The notes: generated by a model from the sequence alone, not told the origin. Shown: positions 36,183 to 47,922, numbered from the stretch's first letter. The stretch: DNA of 64,000 nucleotides from Anthoceros angustus (GCA_010909165.1 VJWM01000103.1:930001-994000), one strand, 5' to 3'. Numbers and translations: made by a program.

Positions 36183-37419
36183 TTGCATCATAACAAGAGT
36201 TGTCAACAATAGTTGCATCACAAGAGATACGGGCAACTACAATTGCTTCAGAGCAAGATGGAGTAGTAGCAAATACATCGCTAGAGCAACAGCAATAGGC
36301 AGCTGAAATAGCACACGCATTGCTGTAGGTATGGCAATGAGCAGCATTTGTTGTGCATGCATCACTAGAGGAAGAACAATGGGCAGCAATTGAGCATGCA
36401 GCATTAGAGTGACATCAATTAGGAGTAGCTACACATGCATTTATACAGCATAAGCGATGGGCAATAGCACCTACGCATGCATTGCGACAACAATAGCCAT
36501 GGGCCGGCAACTACTATTTGGCTATAACAATAGCAATGAATAGTAGCAGTTACGCATGCATCGTTACAACAATAGCAGTGCGCAATAGGGTGTGAGCTTG
36601 GGATGGTGACCACTAGTTATGGAAAAGAGCAAAAATATCTTCAAGTGATTATTTTCATGATTGAGTTTTTATTTAAATATTATCTAATAGTTTAAAAAAT
36701 TGGAATTAATAAAATTATGAATATTTTCTGAGTATTATTAAATTTAATAATAATTTAGTATTTTTATAAATTTAAGATTACATAAATTAAAAGAGGCAAA
36801 ACCTTAATAGTCACCTATTTTGTCATAGTTGTAGAAATGAAAGTGATCTTTAGCGTGGGATTATGTTTTTAATAAAGATAAAAACCCTCCTATAAAGAAA
36901 GTCTTGATAAAAACAGAGACACTTAGATTAAAATGTAGCTTTAATCGAAACATTTCTTATATATAGTACTTTAGGACCCTCTGGTTCCGGAAGCGCGTCT
37001 AAAATCAAGCCTCGTCTTATGGACATTGTTATCTATAAATAAATTTTACGATTCTCCATGTCTCCAGAGTGTTTGAAATGATTTTCATTTTCACGGATAA
37101 AGTAGTTTTTTACAATTCTTTATATCTTTTAATCTTTTGTATTCCTTTTTGCTCATCAAGCCGGCAATTACCGGCAACCTAAACTTCATACATTCGTGCC
37201 CACACGACTCTCTCGGTATTGGTCTCCACGATAGGACGCTAGCGCTACATGAACAGTTACCACCCATTCAAACCTTGTGGGCAGACATAGCTTGACATTA
37301 GGCATTATGCCCAGCTTCACCGCGGATCACAGACACCCTACGGGTTACCCACCCCAGAAAACAAACTTTCGTGCGACAACTCGTCTATTTCAATATTCTC
37401 GATCTGCCGGTTTTAAGTT

Positions 37420-39545
37420 TCATACCATCCTCCTCTTTGACTTGGATTTGGCAACTCGATTCTCACACCTTTTCTTGAATATTTCGTCGGAGCAGGAAAG
37501 GAAGTACGAGAGGCTGTCAAAATCGCATCCAATGGCCACCGCATACTCGTATCTTGGTTGTATCCGCGATGATAGGCTGTAGCTCATGAACTGGGGAAAA
37601 TGAACCAATTCCTTGACGTCCTTCTTTAACACTGTCAATAGATAGTCCACCTTTGGCTTGATGCACTGCTCCATACTATGACCATAGATACACGGGTACA
37701 GAGCAATCATCCTGCCAGCCGAGGAAGCAGCAGAACCCATGAATGAGCGGATTGGAAAGAAGATAATAGAGGTAGCTAGAGGACAGAAAGCATAAGACAC
37801 TGCACCTTGCAATGTCGTCCTTGGAAATTCCAAGACTTCGAAAATATTCTGTCTTGACACGTAGATTATCCTCTACGCTGTAATTAAAGATTGACGCCCA
37901 CCTGAAGACCCGACTAAGTTGTGCAGGTTCCAACTCTAGCTCATTTTTGAAAAATTCAGTAGTTTGCATTATTTTGCCTTCCAAGCTCAGGGTAAACATC
38001 TGCCCAGGAAACAGGATAGGTGTTCAAAGTTAGAAGAGATTGAAAGGGATTATATCCTGCACACAGCCTGCTAACATCCGACGCTCAGAGAAACGCACGA
38101 ACCTGAGGATGTGATGTGAAGTATTTGTGCACGTTCACTAGGCCAAAGCCTTGCATGAATTCCATAATTTGATCAATCTTGTTCAAGCCGATACTTGCAA
38201 GACTCGGGTGCTTTGAGTAGGCCTTAACAATGTCCTCAGGCTGCAGGAAACGAAAAAAACAGAGACACATCCTGTGAACTCTACTACCAAAGCCTATCCT
38301 TTTTCCTTCAACTAGTCTCCATCAACAGCCAATAGGTCCAGAACACAGTCACCATGCTCAACGACTGCATCTAAATCTTTAACAGCATCTATGACAGATT
38401 TTCACAAACCTTAAGGCCAAGGTCGATGAGCTTACGAGTCATGGGAAGGACCTTACGCTTCATGTTAAAGGTTAGAACCTGCGGAGAACGGAAGATAACT
38501 TTCACCAGCTGCTTCTGAGAGAATCCCAGCTGCTGAAAATATTCAACCTGTGTCAACACAAAACAAACAGTCTCAGATACCGCTCTATACCTCAGTTAAA
38601 AAGATAGTTATCCACACAGCATCCTTCTGACTAGACCTTACTAAGAAGATAAGAGCGGGCAATGTTCACGCTTCCTGCACCTTGCAAATGCCTCAAAAAA
38701 TATCTCCTGCTCGACACAGAACGACTGAATTACAGGTCTTGCCATTCACCAGCGAAAGTCAACACTCTCACAGCCAACTGAACCATTCAGCGTCCACACG
38801 CTCCCCACAGCAGATAAGAGCTGACCAAACCAAGGGGCGAACCACGACACGAGAGGGTGACGAAAGGACCAACCTTCGGCCGCAACGACGTGTTCACGCT
38901 GCTGCTACCCAGATACACGTTCTCAAACAAACACTTGGCAGCCTGGGCTTTACTCAACCCCACTTCATCAGTCAGGAAATTGGCAACTTCCGTGAGCTTG
39001 GCCAACGATATCCGCAAAACGGCGGATCGCACAGACGACCCTAAATGCGATTGAAGCTTGGCGAGGTTAGCTTCACTCAGCCCCCATTCCCTCAAAAACT
39101 GCACCCTCGTCTGCACATTGGTAGTGAGCATGAACTTGGAGTCCACCATGTCGAATCCCAGCGGTTCCGTAATACTTTCCAGCATCTCGTCATCTGAACC
39201 CAGCTCAGGAGCGACTAAGCTCTCCCCCATTGCAGCCAGCTTCCAAGCCCTGCCCGGCTCCCCCACCTCCCGACCAGGGCTCGCCTCCACATCCACCATG
39301 GCCGCTGCCGATGAATACCTACCACCTCCATGCGAATTCGGCAGCAACGCCAGGACTCGAGGACGGCTCGCAGAAGGCACCGCATCCTCCCCTGACGCTC
39401 TCCCTTGCCCGTCACAAGCCCCCCGGAACCGCCTCACCGCACGCCATCCTTCCCCCAGCCCCACAGATCCGCGCAGTTTCTGGACGAGGCATCGCAGCCC
39501 CGCTCCTGCATTCTTCATCACATAATCCCTGCGCCCAACAAGCAT
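37420..39545 (-). CDS. mTERF-family (mitochondrial transcription termination factor) protein, probably organelle-targeted
   Basis: In-frame GT-AG exons 39545 (or 39518)-38874, 38547-38410, 38240-38103, 37999-37806, 37711-37420. mTERF repeats: LRPKVEYFQQLGFS...FRSPQVL, NYSVEDNLRVKTEYFRSLGIS, IKPKVDYL, FPQFMSYSLSSRIQPRY. The N-terminus is Arg/Gly/Ala-rich, like a transit peptide. Confidence 0.9.
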
Positions 39546-40362
39546 TCACAGTTCCCTGCGCCCGACAAGCATTCACAATACCGGACGAGGTTCGCTTAGT
39601 GTGGTTAGAAGAAAGCCTAAAAAGGGGTTAGTCCCCGCTGGTTAGGGGCGAGGTGGTTTTCCATGCATGAGACCATATAGTGCAAGACTTACGTCACCTC
39701 AATTTAGTTCATGCAGTACGGTTTTAGAACTACATTGTTGCTGAAAAGGATATTGAAACAATGTTGAATGATTTTATTGTGTTTTTAGTAATACTTTATT
39801 GTTGTAGCAATCAACTCACTATCGTAGTGTCTCTATATGCAGTTCTATCAATCTCCCAAGGCCATTAAGGCCTGTCACTCACATGCCTCGCCTTTCCGAG
39901 ATCATGCTATGCACATATGCTACCATGGTTTCAAGCTCGTTCCGTCGGACCGTAGTGGTGTAGAATGAGATCACGGTTACCACCATTCAGGTAGGAAATC
40001 TGGGTTAAGGAAATCTTTACCTTCCGCGCACACATTTTCAAAAGACTTTGTTTCAGCCCGTTCCTGCAGCAAGTTGCTTTGCAAAGCCAGCTCGATCTTC
40101 ACAATGCGACCGGCCCCTGCAATAAGAGAGAATGTTCCAGCTCGCGTTGTAGCCTTCAATTTGTAACTGCGTTGTGATCTGTGCCATCTTAACCGGTATA
40201 GATGTGAGCTGTCCTGAAGCTTGCACTTAGAGAATTAAACAGCACTTACATAAATCCTGCAGAGGAAGCCTAGCCGGTGTTTAGGGGGAAGCTTGTGCTT
40301 AGAAGCCAACGTGCACTTAGTAGCAACATTAGGGAGAAGCTTAGACTTAGGATTAGTCTAAA

Positions 40363-42430
40363 ATGGATCTAAATATGTGTACTAGTGTAGATGAACTACC
40401 TCCTGATGTGCCATTTGTTTTACAGTTGCCGAAGGCTGGGACTTTCAAAAGCAGCGACCTCCATTGGGTTCTATCAAGTGAGAAGCACTCACGGTGGACA
40501 CAAGGTCACGAGAAGACCATGCGAATTGCTCATATCCCGTTTAACTGAGTAGAAGACTTTGTGGCGAATGGCATCCGATGCGAGCATGCTACCAACTTCT
40601 ACAAGAAGGACTCTAAAGGGCCCAAGTTTACCTCGTCCCAATACTCCTGATCCACCCTTACATACACAGTGTCCGCCTTCTTATTGCTGAATGTGGTGAT
40701 GTCTTCTTCTTGTGTAAAATCCTTTTGCATCAAGATCTTGACTCATGGCTCTTGTCTGATTCGGTGTTCCTACCGAGGACTTGAGCAACAGACCTAACTA
40801 GGCCATCCATGGCACGAGACATGCAAAGTTCTCGAGGAAAGTGTGAAACATGGGTGCTGCGAACTTTAAGTGAAGCTTACTATTATGGCCAAAAGTGGCG
40901 AGATTGGGCTTTTGAAGACAAACATCTCGACATGGCGGTATCCTTTGTCATGGAGTTTCTTACGGTGGCATGGCTCGAGATGTCCATGCTTGTCGAGATG
41001 AGAAAAACGATTGGGTTAGACATTGCCTTTACTGTAACATTTCCATAGATGAGATCATGCGTCGGTATACAGAGGCTTTGTATGCCAAGCAGTGCCTTAT
41101 CAAAAGATTAGGGATGACTTCTTGCAACGGTACGATGTAATCAACATTGCTAGAAATGTGGTCATAGGTGATTGGAAACTTCACCTTGATGATTCAACTT
41201 CAGTTTCCTTTTGGATTAGGCAAAATGCTTCCATGGTGTTCTATCAATCCACCGAGGAGCAACCCTTTGCCTTAGGTATCCAAACTTCTTTCATGGTGGA
41301 ATCTATGATTAAGTATGGGAATTGCAGTGTTTTGGCTTTGGATGCAACCTTCGGCATGAACAAGTACAAATACCACTTGTTCTCATGGCCTTGATCGACA
41401 CTTAAGCGGTGTGTGCATGGGCTATCACAGGCAACAATTGAAACATTGGTGGCATGGTTATCGACCTGCGTCCGGGTTGAGCGGCATGATTCTACTTGGA
41501 CAAGGTAGCTTCCTTGTGGGCCCAGAAATCTGCTATTCAACAAGTCTGGACTCGTAACATGCCCATCTTCTTGTGTTTGTACGTCACGAAGGCATGGAGG
41601 AAAAATCTATTGAAGAAGGTAAGGTCAGAGCCGGACAGGATCTCGATTTGGGCTGAACTTGGTGAGATCATGTATGTCAATGGGTTTTCCACTGCAGATA
41701 TTTGTGTGGCTGCAGCAGAAGCTATATTGGACTTGTTCTATGCACGTTGGGCAGAAAGGCAAATTGCGTTTGTTAAATACGTTAAGGAACAATGGGGCGG
41801 GACCATAAGTATGTGCCATGGGACCTTCAAGTTCATGCACTTCGTTCCTGCTCTCCTGTTCATCTCTAACTGAACTGCTTGTTATTTTGGAATAGCGATG
41901 TGGCTCTGCCATGCGAGGATGCTGCCACATGCACATGTTGGGCAGAATACCACTTCCGCTGTTGAAGCCTTCCACAGATACATGAAGGAGAGAGCATGTG
42001 TTTCCAAGTCCAATTTAGCAGGCCGTCGAATGGATTGGCTGCTCCACCAGCTTGTGAACGTTGTTGCACGACATTTTTGGTATCAACATTTTATAAAGGA
42101 AGGTGGTTATACTCGCAACAAGAAGCAAGAGATGTTAGAGGAGACAACACTTGCAAGTGCTGAAGGTATTCCGATTAGTTCAGTCATATTGCCACACTCT
42201 GAACATGTGTCTGCCCAGTGCCTGTCCACTAGCTCGCCTGGAAAATAGTACGTCATAGACCATGCTTTTTCACCATGGGCTACATGTACGTGCCCCATGG
42301 GTCTCAAGGCCTTCATCTGCAAGCATGTTATTCGTGTGCAACAACTTCTTGGTGTCTGGAAGATGGCCTTTGTTAGATCTCGTGAAAGTTCTCGGACAAA
42401 TGGAGCATGATACCTTGCTAGAGACAACAA
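40363..42430 (+). mobile_element. MULE-like DDE transposase with SWIM zinc finger, disrupted by stops and frameshifts
   Basis: RDDFL...PFALGIQTSFM...ALDATFGMNKYKY (first catalytic Asp), FLCLYVTKAW, NTTSAVEAFHRYMK (catalytic Glu), RRMDWLL, and SWIM CTCPMGLKAFICKH at ~42285-42326. Confidence 0.85.
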
Positions 42431-43949
42431 ACCCGGCTCTAACAAGGTCTCCTTAGGACTGGTGGCGGCTCCACGGTCACTAGTTGGAAGGTGGACACGG
42501 TCTAAGGTTCACAAAAGCCACCCAAAACCATGTTTTCTGATTTCATTAAAAAAAACCCAAACTAGGAGCAAATCATAGAGGATCTTTTCCGTATTTGTAT
42601 GTCGCATCTCATATTAGTTTGGCTAACCAGCGGGTACATTGCCTATAAAGCAGATTTGAAAATCGTGGCAATTTTGTATGGACAACCAAAAAGCACAAGC
42701 GCAATGGAAAGTCCACATGTGTTGCGTCGGTGTCACACCGTCATGGTCGCCGCTCTGCATTAGTGGGGAGGGTCGTGGTGGCACGGGGCGTTACGTGCAT
42801 AAACCTTGCATCTGCCAATGGTAGGAGTGGAGGAAGATTTCGGACGCCTACCGCTCATGTCTCAGCACTGCGCGACCCCGTCTGCGAATCGTTTGGAAGT
42901 GGCTTGCCGCCTCGAATATTTGCGCGATGGAGACCCACCTCTCGGCGGGAAGCGAGAATTCCACATGGCGATGGAAATTGGAAGTTGACCGCGGTGGTGG
43001 CAATCACAACATGGGCGGGTTCCTTTCAAGCCTGGAGTGATCCGCGCTTCATTGCTTGGTCCTTAAGGAATTTGGTTGAGGCTGGCGGTGCAAACTCGCG
43101 ACACTTGCAGCGTGTTGATCAACACAGGATTCCACTCGGGGTTGGAGCGGTGTGAATGGTGTGGAGGGCAAAGGAGCACGACATGTCCAGTGTACTTGGT
43201 GGTCAAGGATAAAATTGGAGAAAGTCATGCTACATGTGTGCAGGCGGTGTTAGTGCGGCTATCTGAAAGCATTGATCATGTTTGTATTGTGACACATTGT
43301 CATATCATGAGTGTTTTACGTGAAATGATTAACATTATCATCATTGATCTCTGTGAAATCCTTACCTTGCCTTTATGTGCGACACGCCCATGTTCTCGCT
43401 CATCAATACCGGCGTCAATCTTCTGCGAACACATTCTCGAATCGTCACCACTCCCATGCTTCCTAGCTTTCTGCTCCACCGGCCGTGTTCGTTGTCTAGT
43501 GCCTCCGGGGACCTTGCTTGATGTGTTTGTTGTGTTCATAGCCGCATGCACGTTCTACCAAAGTGCGATACCACCGTCGGTGCTTAAGACCACACCGGTT
43601 CCTCCTACCGAATCCTCGAAACAAACACGTAGCCTATCCGCATCCGCGACACACCTCGATCGTGAGCAAAGTTTTCCAATCCTACATCCCCACCATCGGG
43701 TGTCAAGCACACCCGGAGGAGGGCTCTTCCACCTTCACTTGCGCTCCGCATCCCCAAGGACCATTGAGTTGTCGCCGCGGCTTCACCACATGCCATATGA
43801 CCCTTGGTCTCGGGCTTCCTCGTTGGTCTCTACTTCACACATATGAACCCGGGCACCACCATGTTGTTCACCATGGGCTCCTTATTGAACGTCTTTCCGC
43901 CTCCATAGCCCTCCTCGCCCACCTCCTCCTCTTAGTCGTGTCCATGGAA

Positions 43950-44600
43950 TTGATTCAAGGTCCATGAATTGAGCGCACACAGGATCCACATCAGCATGAC
44001 ATTACGGCATAAGCGAGCAGTGCTATCATACCCGATCCTGCGCGCCCGTCCAGACCCAATCTCCCTCTCAGATACGGTGAATCAACCTCTTCAAGAGTCT
44101 TAGGGGCTTCGATGGAAACAACCCGATCATCCGCGTGTTGTAACACAATTTTAGTTCCACGCTCGTTCGGCAAACACGTTGTCACTCCACCGCCAAGTTG
44201 CGTCGGTTCTCACGAGCACAAGCGGTTGAGGCACACAATCCTTATCCAAGCTCCTGGCGCAAGTGAAAAGTCCACGTATCGGCTGTCCTCGACAATCTGT
44301 CACATTGGTTTTATGCATAACATGTCGTCCACGGCACCCCACGCTTCCATCGCACTTCTCTCACCATAGATGTGTCATCCGAGAATGGAAGACCCAATCT
44401 GAAATACAGGATGTGGTGATGCCTTTGAACGCATGATGACCCCTTCAAACTCGCCTTGGTAAATCTTGTGTCATACTCTCGTGATTGGGGATCTAGATCC
44501 AAGCCTCAGGGAGGTCTAACAACAACAAAGCATACGGTCGGGGCTCTACAAACGGGCCATGTTCACTATGTTGCCACATATCCCGACCTTGCTGGGTTTT
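43950..44600 (-). pseudogene. Beta-class DNA amino-methyltransferase domain (N6_N4_Mtase-like), frameshifted
   Basis: Reading across frameshifts: YALLLLDLP-x-GLD (motif IV, D-L-P at 44516-44508), then SKPLRLLKRLIHR (motif X, K at 44109), EGDWV-LDGRAGSG (motif I, 44067-44030) and RNVM-x-DVDP (motif II). The order IV-X-I-II is the beta permutation. Confidence 0.72.
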
Positions 44601-45076
44601 TCTGGCTTGGAGTCGTTCACGATTGTCATCAGCTTATCCTCAGATGTGGTCGATTTCAAGGCACGTTGCGACTCCTCCATCTGCTTCCAAGCTCTGGCCT
44701 TGAATATGTGCTCCTTGAAGTTCTCAGGTAGGGCACCCCACTCAAGGCAAGTGTTGGCACTGCGACATGAAAGACACATCCCCACCTCAAATGCAAGCGG
44801 ACGTTCTCTAATGATATGCGGTGTGAATGCCTCCACTTTCCATGACTTATAAGGACAAGAAGCGGCACAAGAGAGAAACTACGATTTGGGTATAGCTAAG
44901 TGTTCATCGAGGACGATTTTTGAAGGCGGTGGAAGTTACTAATTTGATTCACCATGCGATGTCGGGATATCGTTCTGAACCTCTTCAAATGTCTCACAGT
45001 GCAAATGCTTGGCGATGTCACATGGATGAGGTTGAGTTTTTGGCCTTGTCCACCCACACGAACATTTGTTTCAATG

Positions 45077-45900
45077 TCAATTCTCGGCCGGACTTTCATG
45101 CATCTTGTCTTCAAGTTGTTGTTCCAGTGCGCTGATGCCACGAAACACTTCCATACCCTCAACGTATACTAAGCTCCTTTGTGTCAATGACCAAGTTTGC
45201 TCTAACTTGTTGTCTTCCTTGAATTCTGGGCCTTGTATTTGGTTGAGCCCGAGTGCTTCCACCCTCGAGCAAGCTTTGTCTCCCACTTCTCAAAGATTTC
45301 ATCCACGTACTTCCACACCTCATCATCAACCTTCGCAACACAATAATCCAGTGTCCGGTTGTCCACGAGGCGGTGATAACTGACCTTAGGTCCATGCTTG
45401 GCTGCATCCCACTTAGGAACCCTGCCCAGCCGGGCATATATCTCCAACTTCCAGTCTAAGTCACACTTCAGCCCATCAGCTAGCCTGGCCTTCATCTCAG
45501 TTCTGATGTACCTCACACGGTCGATGAAAGTAAAAGTCTTCCTGGCATCCGCAATGGTGTTGTGATCAGTGGCAACTAACCTCATCTCCTCATTTGTGAG
45601 GCCAGCAAGAACATATGCATCCATCCACTTGTACTCTTGAACCAATGGATACAAGTCGGCTAGTCTAGATCGCTGGAAGGAATGATTCCTCCCAATACAT
45701 AAAATTTGTACACCCCGATCCACCTTATCCATGTCAAAGAAGTTCTTGTTGGGACCGGGCGGGTCTACAATGACAATCATGGGCAGCACCACCACCCACG
45801 TGGAATGCTTCATCTTTTGCATCAAAGCCTCCACCCAAGCCAGTCTAGCTTACGTACCTTGCCACAAAGTTCTTACGGAGGTCTACTGATGGACAGCTTT
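45077..45900 (-). pseudogene. ParB/Srx-like domain upstream of the methyltransferase on the same strand (probably the same protein)
   Basis: 210-aa ORF 45202-45834: VEALMQKM...PMIVIVDP...ILCIGRNHSF...AYVLAGLTNEEMRLVATDHN...TFIDRVRYIR. This fits the ParB pattern L...I...P+++V...+IxGxH...V+.+.EE...A..N...+..+++. Confidence 0.55.
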
Positions 45901-46499
45901 AACGTGGACTCCCATACTCTCTTTTCCATTGCCTCCCTCGCAACATCTCTCCCTCGGCCCTCGTCATCGCTAGCTGTCATCCGTGGCTCTGACGCATCCT
46001 TGGCCTTCTCTATGAACTTTGGGAGCTCTTCCCCTCTCGGACATCATGTGCCATTCGTTTGCCGCACTTGTTGACCTTCCCACCCGCCGTCCTCCACGCG
46101 ATTGCCCCTCTCAATCCCTTCCTCTTTTCCTCGATTGTCTACCCAAGCGGGTCGGCTTGAACCCTTGAGTGCCATGGGCAGACCCAAATCCCGGTCCGTT
46201 GCATCCACCTCGCCCCATCGTCATCTTCCACGTCTTCGTCGGGGCTGGATATGATCCACCGGCCTCTCGGGCCATCGGCATGCCATCGCCAAACCCCTCA
46301 TTGTCCTGGTCCCCACCCGCATCCTCATCTTCGTCTTCGTCGGCTAGAGGTTAGGGTGACATCATCGCGTGCCATGGGCTAGGAAAAACCAGCGGCGGAG
46401 TGTGGGCGGACTGTTGCTTGGACTCAAGCACCGGACGTCCGTGGCCGCAACCCTCTTACCAGGGCTTTCATTTCGCAAACTAGTTCAAACGTGTCCCGG

Positions 46500-47796
46500 A
46501 ATTATATTTTGTGCCACCACCTTTTGTTGGTTTCCGCGCAGATCATGCATATCGGTGGCGGTTGCGACACACTGTGATGGATGGATTTACTGATCCCATT
46601 AGCACTAGGAGTTGCCATTTGATTTCCACTCGGCGCAGATGCCATGCTAGGGGCCTTCTCGCAGCGATGCCCTTTCGATGTAAGCAATGCATCATCCGCA
46701 CACCTTCTAAACATTGCTGGTGCAAAGCCTTGTGGAAGACACGATGTCCATCACCGTGTCGCAATGCCTCCAAAAGTTCTTGCCTTTTCCGCTCTGGTTG
46801 GCGCCACAATGTCAAAGTTCTTCAGCAGAGTATACTCTAATCCATTGCGGGTCCAGACGAAGAGGCTCCTTGTGCTTGAGCCAGATCAGCAATATGACGT
46901 ACACCTGCTCATCCTTCATGACTGACTGTGTGAAAACAACTGCTCCCGCACATTTCTTTTGGCTGGTGTGGTTCGCATCTTCCTCCATCAACACATACAA
47001 GAAGAGCAAGTCTTGATTGGGTCGTTGTTGCACTGTCCAACTTCTCTTTGTAATGTCAAATGGCGAGATCATCTTGTACATCCGTGGATCAAGTCAATAT
47101 CGGACCGCTTGTAAGGACTCGGAAAGATGCCTTGGTCGGAGGATGCTCTTGTGGAAAGACCCGCATCGGTGGCGCGATTTGAGTTGTCCTTGGGTCTGGG
47201 CTCGTCGCCTCGTTCAAGGCACGTGAGTCTGCCCTTCCCTCGCGCCTTTTTTCTCCACCGGAGCGTCCTGCGATTTGTTGGAGTCATTCTTCCGCTTCCC
47301 CTTGAGGAGCCATTACATGCAACTATGAAAGAAGTGAGATCACGAAGTGTTTAGATTGTTAAAAGTGATACACGCATGAGCTGCAACTTCTCGGAACAGG
47401 GCGATCTGTGTGCGGGAGTTGGAGTTGATGCTCACAGACTAGCCCAGCCTGCACCCTCGAGACAACACAATTGCCGCAGCGATGAGGAGGTCGGCGGTGT
47501 CGATATCTGCTGCCGGCCCGATGGACAAAGTGCGGGTGAGTGTGAGAACGACCCGTTTTCTCGGTCTTGGCAATCTCTTGCTTTTCCGCCCACACATAAG
47601 CTAGATGGAAATACACATCTTCCCAAAGCGAGAATGAATCTATACCATCCGAGAAAGGGGAAGGTGGGGTCATTTGTGCCTTCATGAAGGAAGACACAGG
47701 CAAGGCGAGCTCGTAATCAAGCAACTCCTTAAATGCTTTGTCGCGGCCGTGTTTTGCCATTGTCCCGGCTAATGTGGCAAATGCAAATTTGAGCAT
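46500..47796 (-). pseudogene. Unassigned frameshifted ORF segments in the MULE cargo (N-terminal part of the cargo gene or a separate gene)
   Basis: Successive protein-like frames at 47359-47796, 46812-47081 and 46543-46815; no motif recognised. Confidence 0.4.
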
Positions 47797-47922
47797 ATTC
47801 TAAGGTATATGCTAGTTATGCCACAGCTAAAATAGTGTTCATGGCATAACGATGGGCACCTAGAGTGATTCGGCCACCGACTAGCAGTACCGCTAGCGTT
47901 TCCTACCGGCGCAAAGTGGGCA

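Noticed and set aside
43076-43846. 256-aa plus-strand ORF (and its 231-aa copy at 51038-51733)
   Set aside because: No ATG start, no recognisable motif, and it lies antisense to the cargo 3' end; probably a shadow ORF.
43950-45900. Bacterial or phage contamination as the source of the methyltransferase
   Set aside because: It is flanked by a plant-type MULE transposase and an Athila LTR, shows similar decay, and no other prokaryotic genes or operon structure are present. A chimeric join cannot be fully excluded without reads.
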